The notes under the pieces: generated by a model
What the model saw: the letters and a program-made list of their open reading frames with translations, nothing else
Told to the model about the DNA's origin: nothing
The model's database searches: none
Virus record (IMG/VR): IMGVR_UViG_3300046168_000070
Location: 32,001 to 96,000 of that record
DNA from: a virus
Strand: one strand, 5' to 3'
Length of the DNA: 64,000 bases
Shown here: positions 29,466 to 38,671 of the stretch, piece by piece
Position numbering within the stretch: position 1 is the stretch's first letter
Layout of the letters: every line of letters begins with the position of its first letter
Position numbers and translations under genes: made by a program

Positions 29466-29471
29466 GTGTAA
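29466..29471 (+). promoter_or_regulatory. GTGTAA motif before DUF1501 gene
   Basis: GTGTAA-10 nt-ATG(29482). Confidence 0.55.
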
Positions 29472-29481
29472 TAATAATATT

Positions 29482-30774
29482 ATGAACTTAAATACAATTG
29501 ATGAATTAGGGAGAAGAGAATTTATAGCGCATGCCGCAAAAGCATGCTTCGGAGTAGGGCTTATGCCGATGGCAGGAGCTTATATTAACAATACAGTGAG
29601 CGCTCTTGAGCCTAGTACTAGAGTTCCGACAGCTAGGCATGTCATTTATTTAAATATGTCAGGAGCGATGTCGCATCTTGACACATTTGCCCCAAAGCCT
29701 GACGCTCCTGATATTCAAGGGCCTACTAAATCAATTGCAACAAGCGCTGATGGAGTTATTTTATCCGAAAATCTACCAAAAACAGCGAAACTAATGCATC
29801 TTGGGTCAATTATCAAAACAATGAATACTAGTCAAGGAGCCCACATGCAAGCAAGTTATTTAATGCACACTAGTTATCTTAAGAGGGGCACAATTGTGCA
29901 TCCTACATTCGGGAGTTGGGTGTCAAAGCTTTCAGGTTCAATGAATAAAACAATACCTAGCAATGTTAAGATTGGAGGTGGAGGAGGCGGAGCTGGCTTT
30001 CTAGAGTCTAAATACGGCGCTCTTCCTATTAACAACCCTTCCTCAGGTCTAGCTAATAGTAAAATGGCTTCGTATTTAGATCATGAGCATTTTCAAAGCA
30101 GAATATCTATTGCCGAGCAATTGAATCAAAATTTTTCTACAGAATTTCCATTAAAACAAGTAAGAGCTTACAGTGACTTATATAAAGACGCAATAAAATT
30201 AATGAATAGTAATGATCTAAATGCTTTTGATATCACTAAAGAGCCAGCATCTGCAAGTGATCTTTATGGAAACACTAACTTCGGTAAAGGTTGCTTGTTA
30301 GCTAAAAGGCTAGTTGAGCATGGTGTTAGGTATGTAGAAGTTACGCGAGGAGGTTGGGATACTCATGATAATAACTTTGAAAGAGTTGCTGCAAATTGTG
30401 CTGATATCGATCAAGCTTTAAGCGGACTTCTTATTGATTTAGACAGAAGAGGGCTTTTATCAGAGACTTTGGTTGTATTAACCTCTGAATTTGGCAGAAC
30501 GCCAAACATAAATGGAAGAGACGGGAGAGACCATTGGCCTTATTGCTTCACAGCTTTTCTCGCAGGAGGTGGAGTGAAAGGTGGATTTACTTATGGTGAG
30601 ACAGACAAAACAGGCAGATCTCCTGTTGAAGGAAAACCTATCAAGCCAGAAGATTTGAATGCTACTATAGCTCATACCCTTGGTTTATCTTTAAATAATT
30701 ATCAATATTCCCCGTCAGGAAGACCTTTTACTATAGCCCATAAAGGCGAGCCTTTGTTTGATATTTTATCTTGA
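29482..30774 (+). CDS. DUF1501 protein with twin-arginine signal
   Basis: GRREF Tat motif, VIYLNMSGAMSHLDTF.PKP, FGKGCLLAKRLVEHGVRYVEV, GGWDTH, SEFGRTP, GRDHWP, AGGGVKGG, SGRP. Confidence 0.93.
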   Translation: MNLNTIDELGRREFIAHAAKACFGVGLMPMAGAYINNTVSALEPSTRVPTARHVIYLNMSGAMSHLDTFAPKPDAPDIQGPTKSIATSADGVILSENLPKTAKLMHLGSIIKTMNTSQGAHMQASYLMHTSYLKRGTIVHPTFGSWVSKLSGSMNKTIPSNVKIGGGGGGAGFLESKYGALPINNPSSGLANSKMASYLDHEHFQSRISIAEQLNQNFSTEFPLKQVRAYSDLYKDAIKLMNSNDLNAFDITKEPASASDLYGNTNFGKGCLLAKRLVEHGVRYVEVTRGGWDTHDNNFERVAANCADIDQALSGLLIDLDRRGLLSETLVVLTSEFGRTPNINGRDGRDHWPYCFTAFLAGGGVKGGFTYGETDKTGRSPVEGKPIKPEDLNATIAHTLGLSLNNYQYSPSGRPFTIAHKGEPLFDILS

Positions 30775-30799
30775 CAAATAATTTAAATTCATCTATAAT
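30771..30799 (+). promoter_or_regulatory. sigma70 promoter (leaderless)
   Basis: TTGACA-17-TATAAT, ATG +6. Confidence 0.9.
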
Positions 30800-30805
30800 C
30801 ATTAG

Positions 30806-31381
30806 ATGAATAAATTACCCAAAATTATTGGATTAACAGGATTCGCTAGAAGTGGTAAAGATACTTTTTTTACCGCCATTAACATGCTTTCAAGAGAGAT
30901 GGGCCTACCAGATTTTCGAAGATTCGCTTTTGCTGATGAATTAAAAAAAGAATGCGACCCTTTTTTGCTTGATAACATAGGAATATCTGCTTGGACTCAA
31001 GAAAATGAATCTAAAGAATTAATCCGCCCTTTTTTAGTGACTTATGGGACTCATATAAGAAGAAAGTTAGATCAAAATTGCTGGATCAATAAAATAAAAG
31101 ATTCAGTTGAATATTGTTCTGCTAACAGCGAAATACCTGTTATTACAGATGTTAGATATGAAAATGAGGCTGCATGGATTAAAGAAAATGATGGAGTTAT
31201 CGTGGAGATTATTAGACAGTCTGTTGCTCCTGCTAATGAAGAAGAAAAGAGAGAGTCATTAAAGCTTATGAATTATAGAGATTTTGTTGTTTCTTGGCCT
31301 ACGTTTGGCGATGACAGCATGGCAGAGTGCGTAGGTTTTGCTCGCTCTTTTTTGTCTGATATTCAATGCGTTTTAGCATAA
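30806..31381 (+). CDS. Deoxynucleoside monophosphate kinase (T4 gp1-like)
   Basis: IIGLTGFARSGKDT, FAFADELK, YGT..RR, VITDVRYENEA. Confidence 0.85.
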   Translation: MNKLPKIIGLTGFARSGKDTFFTAINMLSREMGLPDFRRFAFADELKKECDPFLLDNIGISAWTQENESKELIRPFLVTYGTHIRRKLDQNCWINKIKDSVEYCSANSEIPVITDVRYENEAAWIKENDGVIVEIIRQSVAPANEEEKRESLKLMNYRDFVVSWPTFGDDSMAECVGFARSFLSDIQCVLA

Positions 31382-32019
31382 TGAATCAAATTAAATATAA
31401 ACTTGATCTATATAGCAAGTATTTTTTTAATTTAAATTCAAACCTATCTATTGAAGAAAATTTATTTATTAGTAAATGTATTTCAAATATAGATGAAAAA
31501 GATATTTTCATAAATGAGCATATCTCTGCGTATACCTTTTGTCCATCAGTTGATAACTCAGGATTAATTAATTATGGAAGATTTGCTTTTGGTAAAAAGA
31601 CTAAAAATAAATACTTCTACAACTTAGTCGAGCAGCTGTTCAACTTCTTAAATATAAATATTCATAATTCAAAAGTTAATTTTTTTTATTATGGAGTAGG
31701 TTGGGATTATTTAAATCATTTAATAAAGTTTTATCAATTAAGCTCAGATTATCGCAATATTTACTGCGAAGAGTTTTTGGTAGATCGCGCGAACTTCAAA
31801 AATAACTATATGGTAAAATCTAAAGAATATTCCGTAGGGATCGACAACACAATCATGAACAAAGATGACGCAAATGTTAATCAAATTAACTTAAATAATA
31901 ATTCTAAAGTCTTTGATAATTCTTATGCTAATGATTTGTGTGACAAAATGAAATCTTTAGATTTTTTGTTAGACACTTATAGTATATACAATAATAAAAC
32001 TACTTTATATTTTGACTAA
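31381..32019 (+). CDS. Hypothetical protein
   Basis: TAATG-coupled ORF, no motif recognised. Confidence 0.6.
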   Translation: MNQIKYKLDLYSKYFFNLNSNLSIEENLFISKCISNIDEKDIFINEHISAYTFCPSVDNSGLINYGRFAFGKKTKNKYFYNLVEQLFNFLNINIHNSKVNFFYYGVGWDYLNHLIKFYQLSSDYRNIYCEEFLVDRANFKNNYMVKSKEYSVGIDNTIMNKDDANVNQINLNNNSKVFDNSYANDLCDKMKSLDFLLDTYSIYNNKTTLYFD

Positions 32020-32026
32020 TTTTTTC

Positions 32027-32055
32027 TTGACATTTCGCAAATAAACACTTATAAT
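32027..32055 (+). promoter_or_regulatory. sigma70 promoter (leaderless)
   Basis: TTGACA-17-TATAAT, ATG +7. Confidence 0.9.
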
Positions 32056-32062
32056 TTATAAC

Positions 32063-33076
32063 ATGAACAATAAATTCCTATCTATTCTTGAATATTCTTT
32101 AAATAAGTTTATGCCATATGTTTTAATTAGTTTTTTAGTATTTTTTGAATTTGGATTTTATAAAGTTCAGCCATATATAATTATGGGGCTTTTGTGTTTT
32201 TTAGACAAACATTCTTTTAGAGTAGGTTATGCCGTAGCTCTTTGCGAAGAAAGGGGAGTTGATCTTGAGAAATGGGACAAATAAAAGTGTAATCTTATTT
32301 GTGCAAGAGAGAATAATAAATTTGCTATTAACTATAATCGGGTGTTGTGTAGTTTTTTATATTTTTAAACAGAATCACGAAATAACATATTTAAAAGATA
32401 CCATTAAAATACAGCATGAAGCAATAGAAAGACAAAATGTTTTAATTGATTTTCAAAAAAGAATCATGTATCCAAATAATCCGCAAAATGAATTTCAGCC
32501 AACTTATAAATAAGCAATCTTACAAAAAGATATTTAATAAACTATATTCCAGCCAACTTAAATACGAAGAACCTAAAAGTATTAGAGAAATCGATGTAGA
32601 AGCTAGAAGTGCATGGGATTTCTTATTACAAGCTCAACCCCAAAGATCAAAGCACGAAATCCATGTTGGATTCTGTAAAGATTTCCAAAGCGAAGATTTT
32701 CCTTGTGCAGAGCTTCGTGATACCAAAAGCAAGCTTTTTCATAATTTCAATGAAGCTCCTTGGCAAGAAGTCTTGGGATCAAATATAGTAAATTCGTCAA
32801 GTTTGTCAGATGAAGAAGTTTGTGCTACAATTTTTTGGTTCTTGACTATGAACTCTTTTAAGCCAAATAAAGAACTTAATCATGCTTAGAAAATTTTGGC
32901 TTATATGGGCTAGAACTCTCGATCATAGAGTGGGAAGAACAGACAATGATGAACCTGATATACCTATATTATCATTAAGAGACGCTCAAATAAGTCTTTT
33001 ATTAAGAAGTTTAATTGTAATAGTTAATTTAATAACTTGTTTTTTCATAGTCGCAAATATAATAAAAAATTGGTAA
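32063..33076 (+). other. Run of four small hypothetical genes (32063..32284, 32301..32513, 32488..32889, 32882..33076), several with TM helices
   Basis: ORF track, with starts adjusted to promoter context. Confidence 0.6.
32287..32292 (+). promoter_or_regulatory. GTGTAA motif
   Basis: GTGTAA-8 nt-GTG(32301). Confidence 0.6.
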
Positions 33077-33529
33077 ATGAATAGTAGTGAAAAAAGGTTC
33101 TACGACATGTGTGTGTCCAGAAATTGGAGTGTCGAAAAAGCCTCAAAAAATCAGGACATGCACGAACATTGGGATTTTAAAGTTAGAGATTCTTTAATTG
33201 ATGTAAAAGGATTCAAGAAAACCTCTAGGTCTGATGCCTTTTTTAATCACGATGAAATTTGGATAGAGTTGCAAAATGTGCGAGGCAATAAAGGTTGGTT
33301 GCGTGGAAAAGCTGATTACATAGCTTTTGAGCATTCAAAACATTTTTTGATAGTAAGTCGCCAAGATTTACTAGATTGGTGCAAATCTAAAATTACAAAT
33401 CGATCTTTTGTTTCAAGTCCGAAAGAAGCTTTGTATAGACTTTATCAGCGTAAAAATAGAAAAGACATTATATCTATAATTAAAACAGAAGATTTTGTGA
33501 AGGATGTAAAAACTTGGGTTTTAAAATGA
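33077..33529 (+). CDS. PD-(D/E)XK-like nuclease-fold phage protein; paralog of 11265..11747
   Basis: HWDF.V...IDVKG...IWIEL.NV.G.KGWL.GKADYIAFE. Confidence 0.55.
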   Translation: MNSSEKRFYDMCVSRNWSVEKASKNQDMHEHWDFKVRDSLIDVKGFKKTSRSDAFFNHDEIWIELQNVRGNKGWLRGKADYIAFEHSKHFLIVSRQDLLDWCKSKITNRSFVSSPKEALYRLYQRKNRKDIISIIKTEDFVKDVKTWVLK

Positions 33530-33532
33530 ATC

Positions 33533-33790
33533 ATGTATGACAGCGGCTTAAATAATGAATTCGAAAAAGCTCATCAGAAAGGTTTGCATAGAGGATTTGA
33601 TTTAGGCTGGTCATATAAAGGAAAGTTTGACAGGCAAATAATACAAGACAAAATCATAGAGCTTGAAAAGAAATATGAGGCTAGAAAATCTAAAAAAACT
33701 TTGAATGAAATAAATATTCTACGAACTGTTTTAACGCAAATAAAAGACCATAAATGTAACAGAGAAAACATCACTTTAAACTTTTGGTAA
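33533..33790 (+). CDS. Hypothetical protein
   Basis: 85 aa ORF in the operon. Confidence 0.6.
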   Translation: MYDSGLNNEFEKAHQKGLHRGFDLGWSYKGKFDRQIIQDKIIELEKKYEARKSKKTLNEINILRTVLTQIKDHKCNRENITLNFW

Positions 33791-33796
33791 GTGTAA
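33791..33796 (+). promoter_or_regulatory. GTGTAA motif before SpeD-like/Ate-like operon
   Basis: GTGTAA-8 nt-GTG(33805). Confidence 0.6.
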
Positions 33797-33804
33797 TATA
33801 TTTT

Positions 33805-34194
33805 GTGGAACATAAACATCTTTTAGTTAATGCTACTTTCGAGCAGACCCCATTTACGAATACAGATTTCACAAATAAATGGCTTTTAAAAATTGTTAAA
33901 TTAATTGACATGGAAGTTTTGCATGAACCTGTCTCGGTGAGATGTGATGAAAAAAATAACGAGGGCGTTAGTGGGTTCTGTTTAATAACAACAAGTCATT
34001 TATCTTTGCATTCTTGGGAGAAAAAAACTCCGAATTTATTACAACTTGATGTCTATAGTTGTAAAGATTTTGACCCTCATTTAATTGAGTATGAAATTAA
34101 AAAATTTCATCCAATATCTCTTGGGTTAAAATTCCTAGATAGAAGAGTACGAAATACTAAAGGATGGTCAATGTTTGATGAAAGCAAGGCATGA
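33805..34194 (+). CDS. Pyruvoyl-dependent decarboxylase proenzyme, SpeD-like (variant cleavage site TTSH)
   Basis: GVSGFCLITTSHLSLHSWE...LQLDVYSCK.F; GTG start 8 nt after GTGTAA. Confidence 0.85.
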   Translation: MEHKHLLVNATFEQTPFTNTDFTNKWLLKIVKLIDMEVLHEPVSVRCDEKNNEGVSGFCLITTSHLSLHSWEKKTPNLLQLDVYSCKDFDPHLIEYEIKKFHPISLGLKFLDRRVRNTKGWSMFDESKA

Positions 34195-34955
34195 GAATAT
34201 ATTTTAGGCATTACTCAGGAGCAATCACTGAATACGATTATTTATTTTTTGATTGCATGGCAGAAGTTCCGTTAGACGAAGAAGAGCGAGCTTTGCAGGA
34301 AGGATGGTTACCTGATGACTATTTTGCTCCTAAAAATGCAGTAAAATCCCATTGGTATCAAGCTCGACAAACAAGAATTGATTTAAGCAAATTTATTGAT
34401 ACTCGCAGTAGTCGAAAGGCTAGAAAAAAATGCAAAGATATTGTGGTCAAATATACGAAAGCGAATAAAGCAAATATAGAAATTTTAAAAGATATATTTA
34501 ATAAATATTTTGAATACAGAAACTTTAAGCCTTGGAAGCTAGAGCCTCTACTAAGTTTAGAGATTGAGAGAAAACATTTTTTAATTTATTATTTAAATGA
34601 CGAACCTATTGCTTTTACATTTTTGAGAGATGTCGGAGAGAATAGTGTTTTCTCAACGCAGTTTGCGTGGAATTATGAAAATCCAAAATTATATTTAGGC
34701 AAATATGCAAACCTTGCAGAAATAGACTATTGTATTGCAAATAATAAAGATTATATGTATACAGGAGTAGGGTATGAAAAAGCTTGTATATATAAGTCTG
34801 ACTACCAAGGGTTTCAATTTTGGAACGGAGAAGCGTGGTCGAATAACACAGAAGATTATAAATGGTTATGCGAGAGAGATTCTAAAATTGAAAAAACAAA
34901 AGATTTAGATAAAATAAAAAGATACGATGATAAAAATTTTTTTATAAATGATTAA
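34191..34955 (+). CDS. Ate/Bpt-like aminoacyl-tRNA-protein transferase
   Basis: LQEGW, WYQARQTRIDL, YYLNDEPIAF, WNYENPKLYLGKYANLAEI, YMYTG...C.YK..YQGFQFW.G..W, resembling ATE_N/ATE_C. Confidence 0.65.
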   Translation: MRIYFRHYSGAITEYDYLFFDCMAEVPLDEEERALQEGWLPDDYFAPKNAVKSHWYQARQTRIDLSKFIDTRSSRKARKKCKDIVVKYTKANKANIEILKDIFNKYFEYRNFKPWKLEPLLSLEIERKHFLIYYLNDEPIAFTFLRDVGENSVFSTQFAWNYENPKLYLGKYANLAEIDYCIANNKDYMYTGVGYEKACIYKSDYQGFQFWNGEAWSNNTEDYKWLCERDSKIEKTKDLDKIKRYDDKNFFIND

Positions 34956-35400
34956 AGATTATATTGATTATATTTCCCTGCAAAGAAAAAAGATTGGCGG
35001 TCATGCGATATGCCCTTTTGCTAAAGCTTTTTTGGATAAAGTGCAAATAATAGAGTCCACAAACTTTTGGATTGACGCTACAGAATGTATGGAAAATGAA
35101 GAGCATCCAATGCTTTACCTTATATATGGAGACAAGGATAAATATAGCACAGAATGGCTTGAAAAATTTTGCCAAATAAATAAAAAGTATTCACGCAGTA
35201 AAGATCTTTGGTTAATATGGGATCATCCTGATCAAATAAATAAAATAAATGGAATTGAGACAAATAATAAAGAATATGCTATTCTGTTAATACAAAAATT
35301 ATCTGAATTAAATAAATATTCTGAAAAATTACATAAAACAAATTATTATGAATTTTGGGATAAGGAATATTATAATAAAATAGTAAAAAGTCGATCATGA
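34948..35400 (+). CDS. DUF1415-like protein
   Basis: GGHAICPFAK, WDHP motifs. Confidence 0.4.
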   Translation: MIKDYIDYISLQRKKIGGHAICPFAKAFLDKVQIIESTNFWIDATECMENEEHPMLYLIYGDKDKYSTEWLEKFCQINKKYSRSKDLWLIWDHPDQINKINGIETNNKEYAILLIQKLSELNKYSEKLHKTNYYEFWDKEYYNKIVKSRS

Positions 35401-35795
35401 GCAAGAAAGACTTGCCTGATAATTATGTACCAAATGCTTATGCGTTACCTTATGCAAGCAATCTGTCTGCTCCTGTCATAAAACCCAATCATAGCCTCGG
35501 AGGTTGGAAAGTTGGAGCGGTTCACTCTGCAAATAAGCATTATGAAGAGCGATTTGATAAATTAAAAAAAGAGCTTGAAGATTTGACGGAAGATGTCAAG
35601 TGGAACGAAATAATATTTAATGCAGAAATGAAGATGAAACCTGTCATTGGAAATATATATCATTTATACCAAAAAGATAATGGGAAATATTTTATGAGTT
35701 TATTTGCTCCAAATGAATGCACATGGGGAGATAAACATAAAGGTAGTTTTAAACTTAATTATGACAACAGATGGGATAAAGTAATTTTTTCTTGA
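35397..35795 (+). CDS. DUF2452-like protein
   Basis: YASNLSAPVIKP, KPVIGNIYHLY, SLFAPNE. Confidence 0.6.
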   Translation: MSKKDLPDNYVPNAYALPYASNLSAPVIKPNHSLGGWKVGAVHSANKHYEERFDKLKKELEDLTEDVKWNEIIFNAEMKMKPVIGNIYHLYQKDNGKYFMSLFAPNECTWGDKHKGSFKLNYDNRWDKVIFS

Positions 35796-35820
35796 CTTTT
35801 CTCAAATAATATGATATATT
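35792..35820 (+). promoter_or_regulatory. sigma70 promoter (leaderless, speD)
   Basis: TTGACT-17-TATATT, ATG +7. Confidence 0.8.
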
Positions 35821-35827
35821 TATACCT

Positions 35828-36232
35828 ATGCACTTAGGCAGTCACGAATTAGTTGAATTTTATAATTGCGATGAAGATATTTTAAAAAATTCTAATTTGA
35901 TAAAAAAAATATTTATTAAATCTGCTAAACTAGGTAATGCAAATATAGTCAATAGTCTATTTCATTCTTTTAGTCCGTATGGAGTCACAGGAGTCTTAGT
36001 GATCGCAGAAAGTCATATGAGTATTCATACATGGCATGAGTTTAATTATTGTGCCGTTGATATATTTTCTTGTTGCGATAAATTAAATAATAAAATTGTT
36101 TTAGACAACTTGAAATACGAACTCTTTAGCGACAAATATACATCAAAATTAATTAACAGAGGGGACAAAAATTTTATCAAGCAAATTGCAAATAATAACT
36201 TGACAAATAAACAAAAATCTGTCAGAATATAA
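35828..36232 (+). CDS. speD: S-adenosylmethionine decarboxylase proenzyme
   Basis: HSFSPYGVTGVLVIAESHMSIHTW.E..YCAVDIFSC. Confidence 0.9.
   Translation: MHLGSHELVEFYNCDEDILKNSNLIKKIFIKSAKLGNANIVNSLFHSFSPYGVTGVLVIAESHMSIHTWHEFNYCAVDIFSCCDKLNNKIVLDNLKYELFSDKYTSKLINRGDKNFIKQIANNNLTNKQKSVRI
36200..36228 (+). promoter_or_regulatory. sigma70 promoter (leaderless)
   Basis: TTGACA-17-CAGAAT, ATG +6. Confidence 0.7.
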
Positions 36233-36234
36233 AT

Positions 36235-37300
36235 ATGGAGATTAAAAAAGAATTAAAAAACGCAACTTTTATATATGATGACGAGAAAAAAGTATTCACC
36301 ATTATGGAAGCTGATGGCTTTAATGGTTATATTGAATTAAATAAAATTTATGCTTTTTCTTTTATGCGTTTTGTAATCAGAATGGCTCAAAGAAATTGGC
36401 TTAAAAGTGCAGATTCTTTTAATAAAACTGAAGAACTTTTAGAATCTATTGAAGAGGAAGAAGATGATCCAAATCAACTAGAGCTTTTTAATTAATAAAT
36501 AATAAATAATATGAATAATAAATCATTCGATATAGTTTGTGCGTCTGAAGTAGAAGAATTTTTCTATGAAGACTCTAATATGCCCGTACCCGAAGGCGAG
36601 CCTGTTGGTGTAGAATTCCATTCTCCAACCAATTCAAACCTAGTTTTATCTAAAGGAGTTTATTTTTCTCACGAAAATCTATTCTTAGATTAATTTTTGT
36701 TTGACAAGCTGATCGTTGTGTGCAATGCTTATTACATGATGAAAACAGAATATATCAAACTAACAGACTTGTGGAACGAAGGCGAATACGCTGAAGTAGG
36801 AAATATCATTAACGAAGAAAATTGGAGTGCGTCAAGGGTTGCTGAATTTTGTGCGTACTTTAATAAATACCTTGGAGTTAATCAATTAAATCTTTTATAT
36901 AAGTTTCTATAATATGGATGATTTAAGTAATGAAATAGCTTGGGATAGCTATGAATTCTATACCGAGCAATTATTTAATCTCGAACAGGATCATTTATCA
37001 AATATGGACAAAGTAACAAATGTTTTGCAAGGCGGGTCGTACTGCAACAAGCAAGATCACTTAGAAATATTTAATAAATCCCTTGAAGTAACTGCTCAAT
37101 TAATAGTATTATATAATAAACAACTATCATCTATTCAAGATATGCTAATAACTTTATCTGACGAAAAAGATGAGCAGTTGAAAAATCGAACAATTAATTC
37201 TTTAAATGTTTTGACTCAATGGACAAACGATCTCCGAGATGATACAAATAAGTATAGGCAAGATTTAAATAAACTAATAAAAGAATATGAAGAGAGGTAG
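36235..37300 (+). other. Four small hypothetical genes (36235..36495, 36511..36693, 36736..36912, 36914..37300)
   Basis: ORF track; two have their own sigma70 promoter. Confidence 0.6.
36701..36729 (+). promoter_or_regulatory. sigma70 promoter (leaderless)
   Basis: TTGACA-17-AATGCT, ATG +6. Confidence 0.6.
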
Positions 37301-37508
37301 ACCAAAAGGATATACTCCTTATGTAGAAATTTCCTATGAGGAATTAGCTGATTGGGTTGGCAGGAAAGCTAAAGTAGTTGTCTGTAAAAAATGGCTAGAA
37401 TCGTTAATGGGCAAAGAAATTCATATTGGATCAGCAGAAGAGTCTATCGCAGAAAAAGAAGATCAAGAAGAAACTCCAAAGATCGAATATGAAATAACTC
37501 ATTTTTAA
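37287..37508 (+). CDS. Small AT-hook (RGRPKG) protein; paralog of 10617..10820
   Basis: MKRGRPKGYTPY..ISYEEL..WVG....V.V.KKWLE.L. Confidence 0.6.
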   Translation: MKRGRPKGYTPYVEISYEELADWVGRKAKVVVCKKWLESLMGKEIHIGSAEESIAEKEDQEETPKIEYEITHF

Positions 37509-37510
37509 TC

Positions 37511-37539
37511 TTGACAATTACTAATTTTAACTTTAGATT
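37511..37539 (+). promoter_or_regulatory. sigma70 promoter (leaderless, ruvB)
   Basis: TTGACA-17-TAGATT, ATG +6. Confidence 0.8.
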
Positions 37540-37545
37540 TATATT

Positions 37546-38478
37546 ATGGACAACAATTATTTCGATGGCTTGATCGGGCAAGAGTGCGTTAAGAAGAAAC
37601 TATCTTTTTATTTAGATGCGTTTCACAAAACAAGCGTTTGCCCATTTCTTAATCTAGTTGGTGCAAAAGGTTTAGGTAAGACTGAATTTGCTAAAGCATT
37701 CGCCAAGAATCTGTATAATAGAAACGGAGGCAAGCGTTCGTTCTTAGAATTGAATTGCTCTACAATTAAAAACAATGAGCAATTTTTTGAGCAAATTTTT
37801 CTGCCTTTAGTAGCGGATAATGAGATCACAATTCTTTTTGACGAATGCCATGCTTTGCCGAAAGATTTAACAATGGCATTTTTAACTATTTTCAATACTG
37901 AAACAAATACAAGAAAGCGTTTTGAGTGGAATGAAATGACATTTGAGTTTGACTTCAGAAAGCAAACCTTTATTTTCGCAACAACAGAGAGTGACAAAAT
38001 ATTTCCGCCACTTAAAGATAGATTAACAACAATAGATTTCGATCCGTACTCCCAAGAGGAGATTGGCGAAATTATTAAAATTTGTTGCGGTAATATTTCT
38101 TTCTCTGATGAATGTATAAATGAAGTAGCCTCGACAATTAGAAGTAATGCTAGGAGTGCTGTAATGCGTTCAAGAGAAATCATGTTATATTGCGAATCTA
38201 AAGAGATCGAAAGATTTGAGTCTCATCACTTTAAAGACTTGCGTGACGCTATCGGTATTTTGCCTCTAGGTATTTCTCGGACAGAGAAACAAATTTTGCA
38301 AATATTAAAAGAGTGCGGATCAATTAGCCTCACAGGTCTTTCTGCTAAGTTAGGGTTGAGCAAAACATCTCTGCAAAGAGATCACGAACTTTATTTGCTA
38401 GGTAAAAATCTAATTGAAATTGATGGTAAGCGTAGAATCACTTCAAATGGAATCAAACTTTGTGAGGATTTAGTATGA
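37546..38478 (+). CDS. ruvB: RuvB-like Holliday junction branch-migration AAA+ ATPase
   Basis: FDGLIGQE, GAKGLGKT (Walker A), LFDECHAL (Walker B), IFATTE, PLKDR, C-terminal winged helix with ELYLL...LIE..G.R. Confidence 0.88.
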   Translation: MDNNYFDGLIGQECVKKKLSFYLDAFHKTSVCPFLNLVGAKGLGKTEFAKAFAKNLYNRNGGKRSFLELNCSTIKNNEQFFEQIFLPLVADNEITILFDECHALPKDLTMAFLTIFNTETNTRKRFEWNEMTFEFDFRKQTFIFATTESDKIFPPLKDRLTTIDFDPYSQEEIGEIIKICCGNISFSDECINEVASTIRSNARSAVMRSREIMLYCESKEIERFESHHFKDLRDAIGILPLGISRTEKQILQILKECGSISLTGLSAKLGLSKTSLQRDHELYLLGKNLIEIDGKRRITSNGIKLCEDLV

Positions 38479-38671
38479 CAAGAGACGAACTTTCACATTT
38501 AAGGCAAGAAGTTTATTCTTTATGGTATAACGCAAAAAATCGCTCCGAAGATAAAAAAACTTATGCTCAGATATTAGAATTGATAGATTATACTTTAGAA
38601 TTAAAATCCGCAGTAAAGTCAATCAGAAATCTATACGAAGGATTAGTATGATAAAAATCATAATTGGGGGC

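Noticed and set aside
29976-29995. GGA repeat with G4-like appearance
   Set aside because: Simply encodes the GGGGGAG linker of DUF1501
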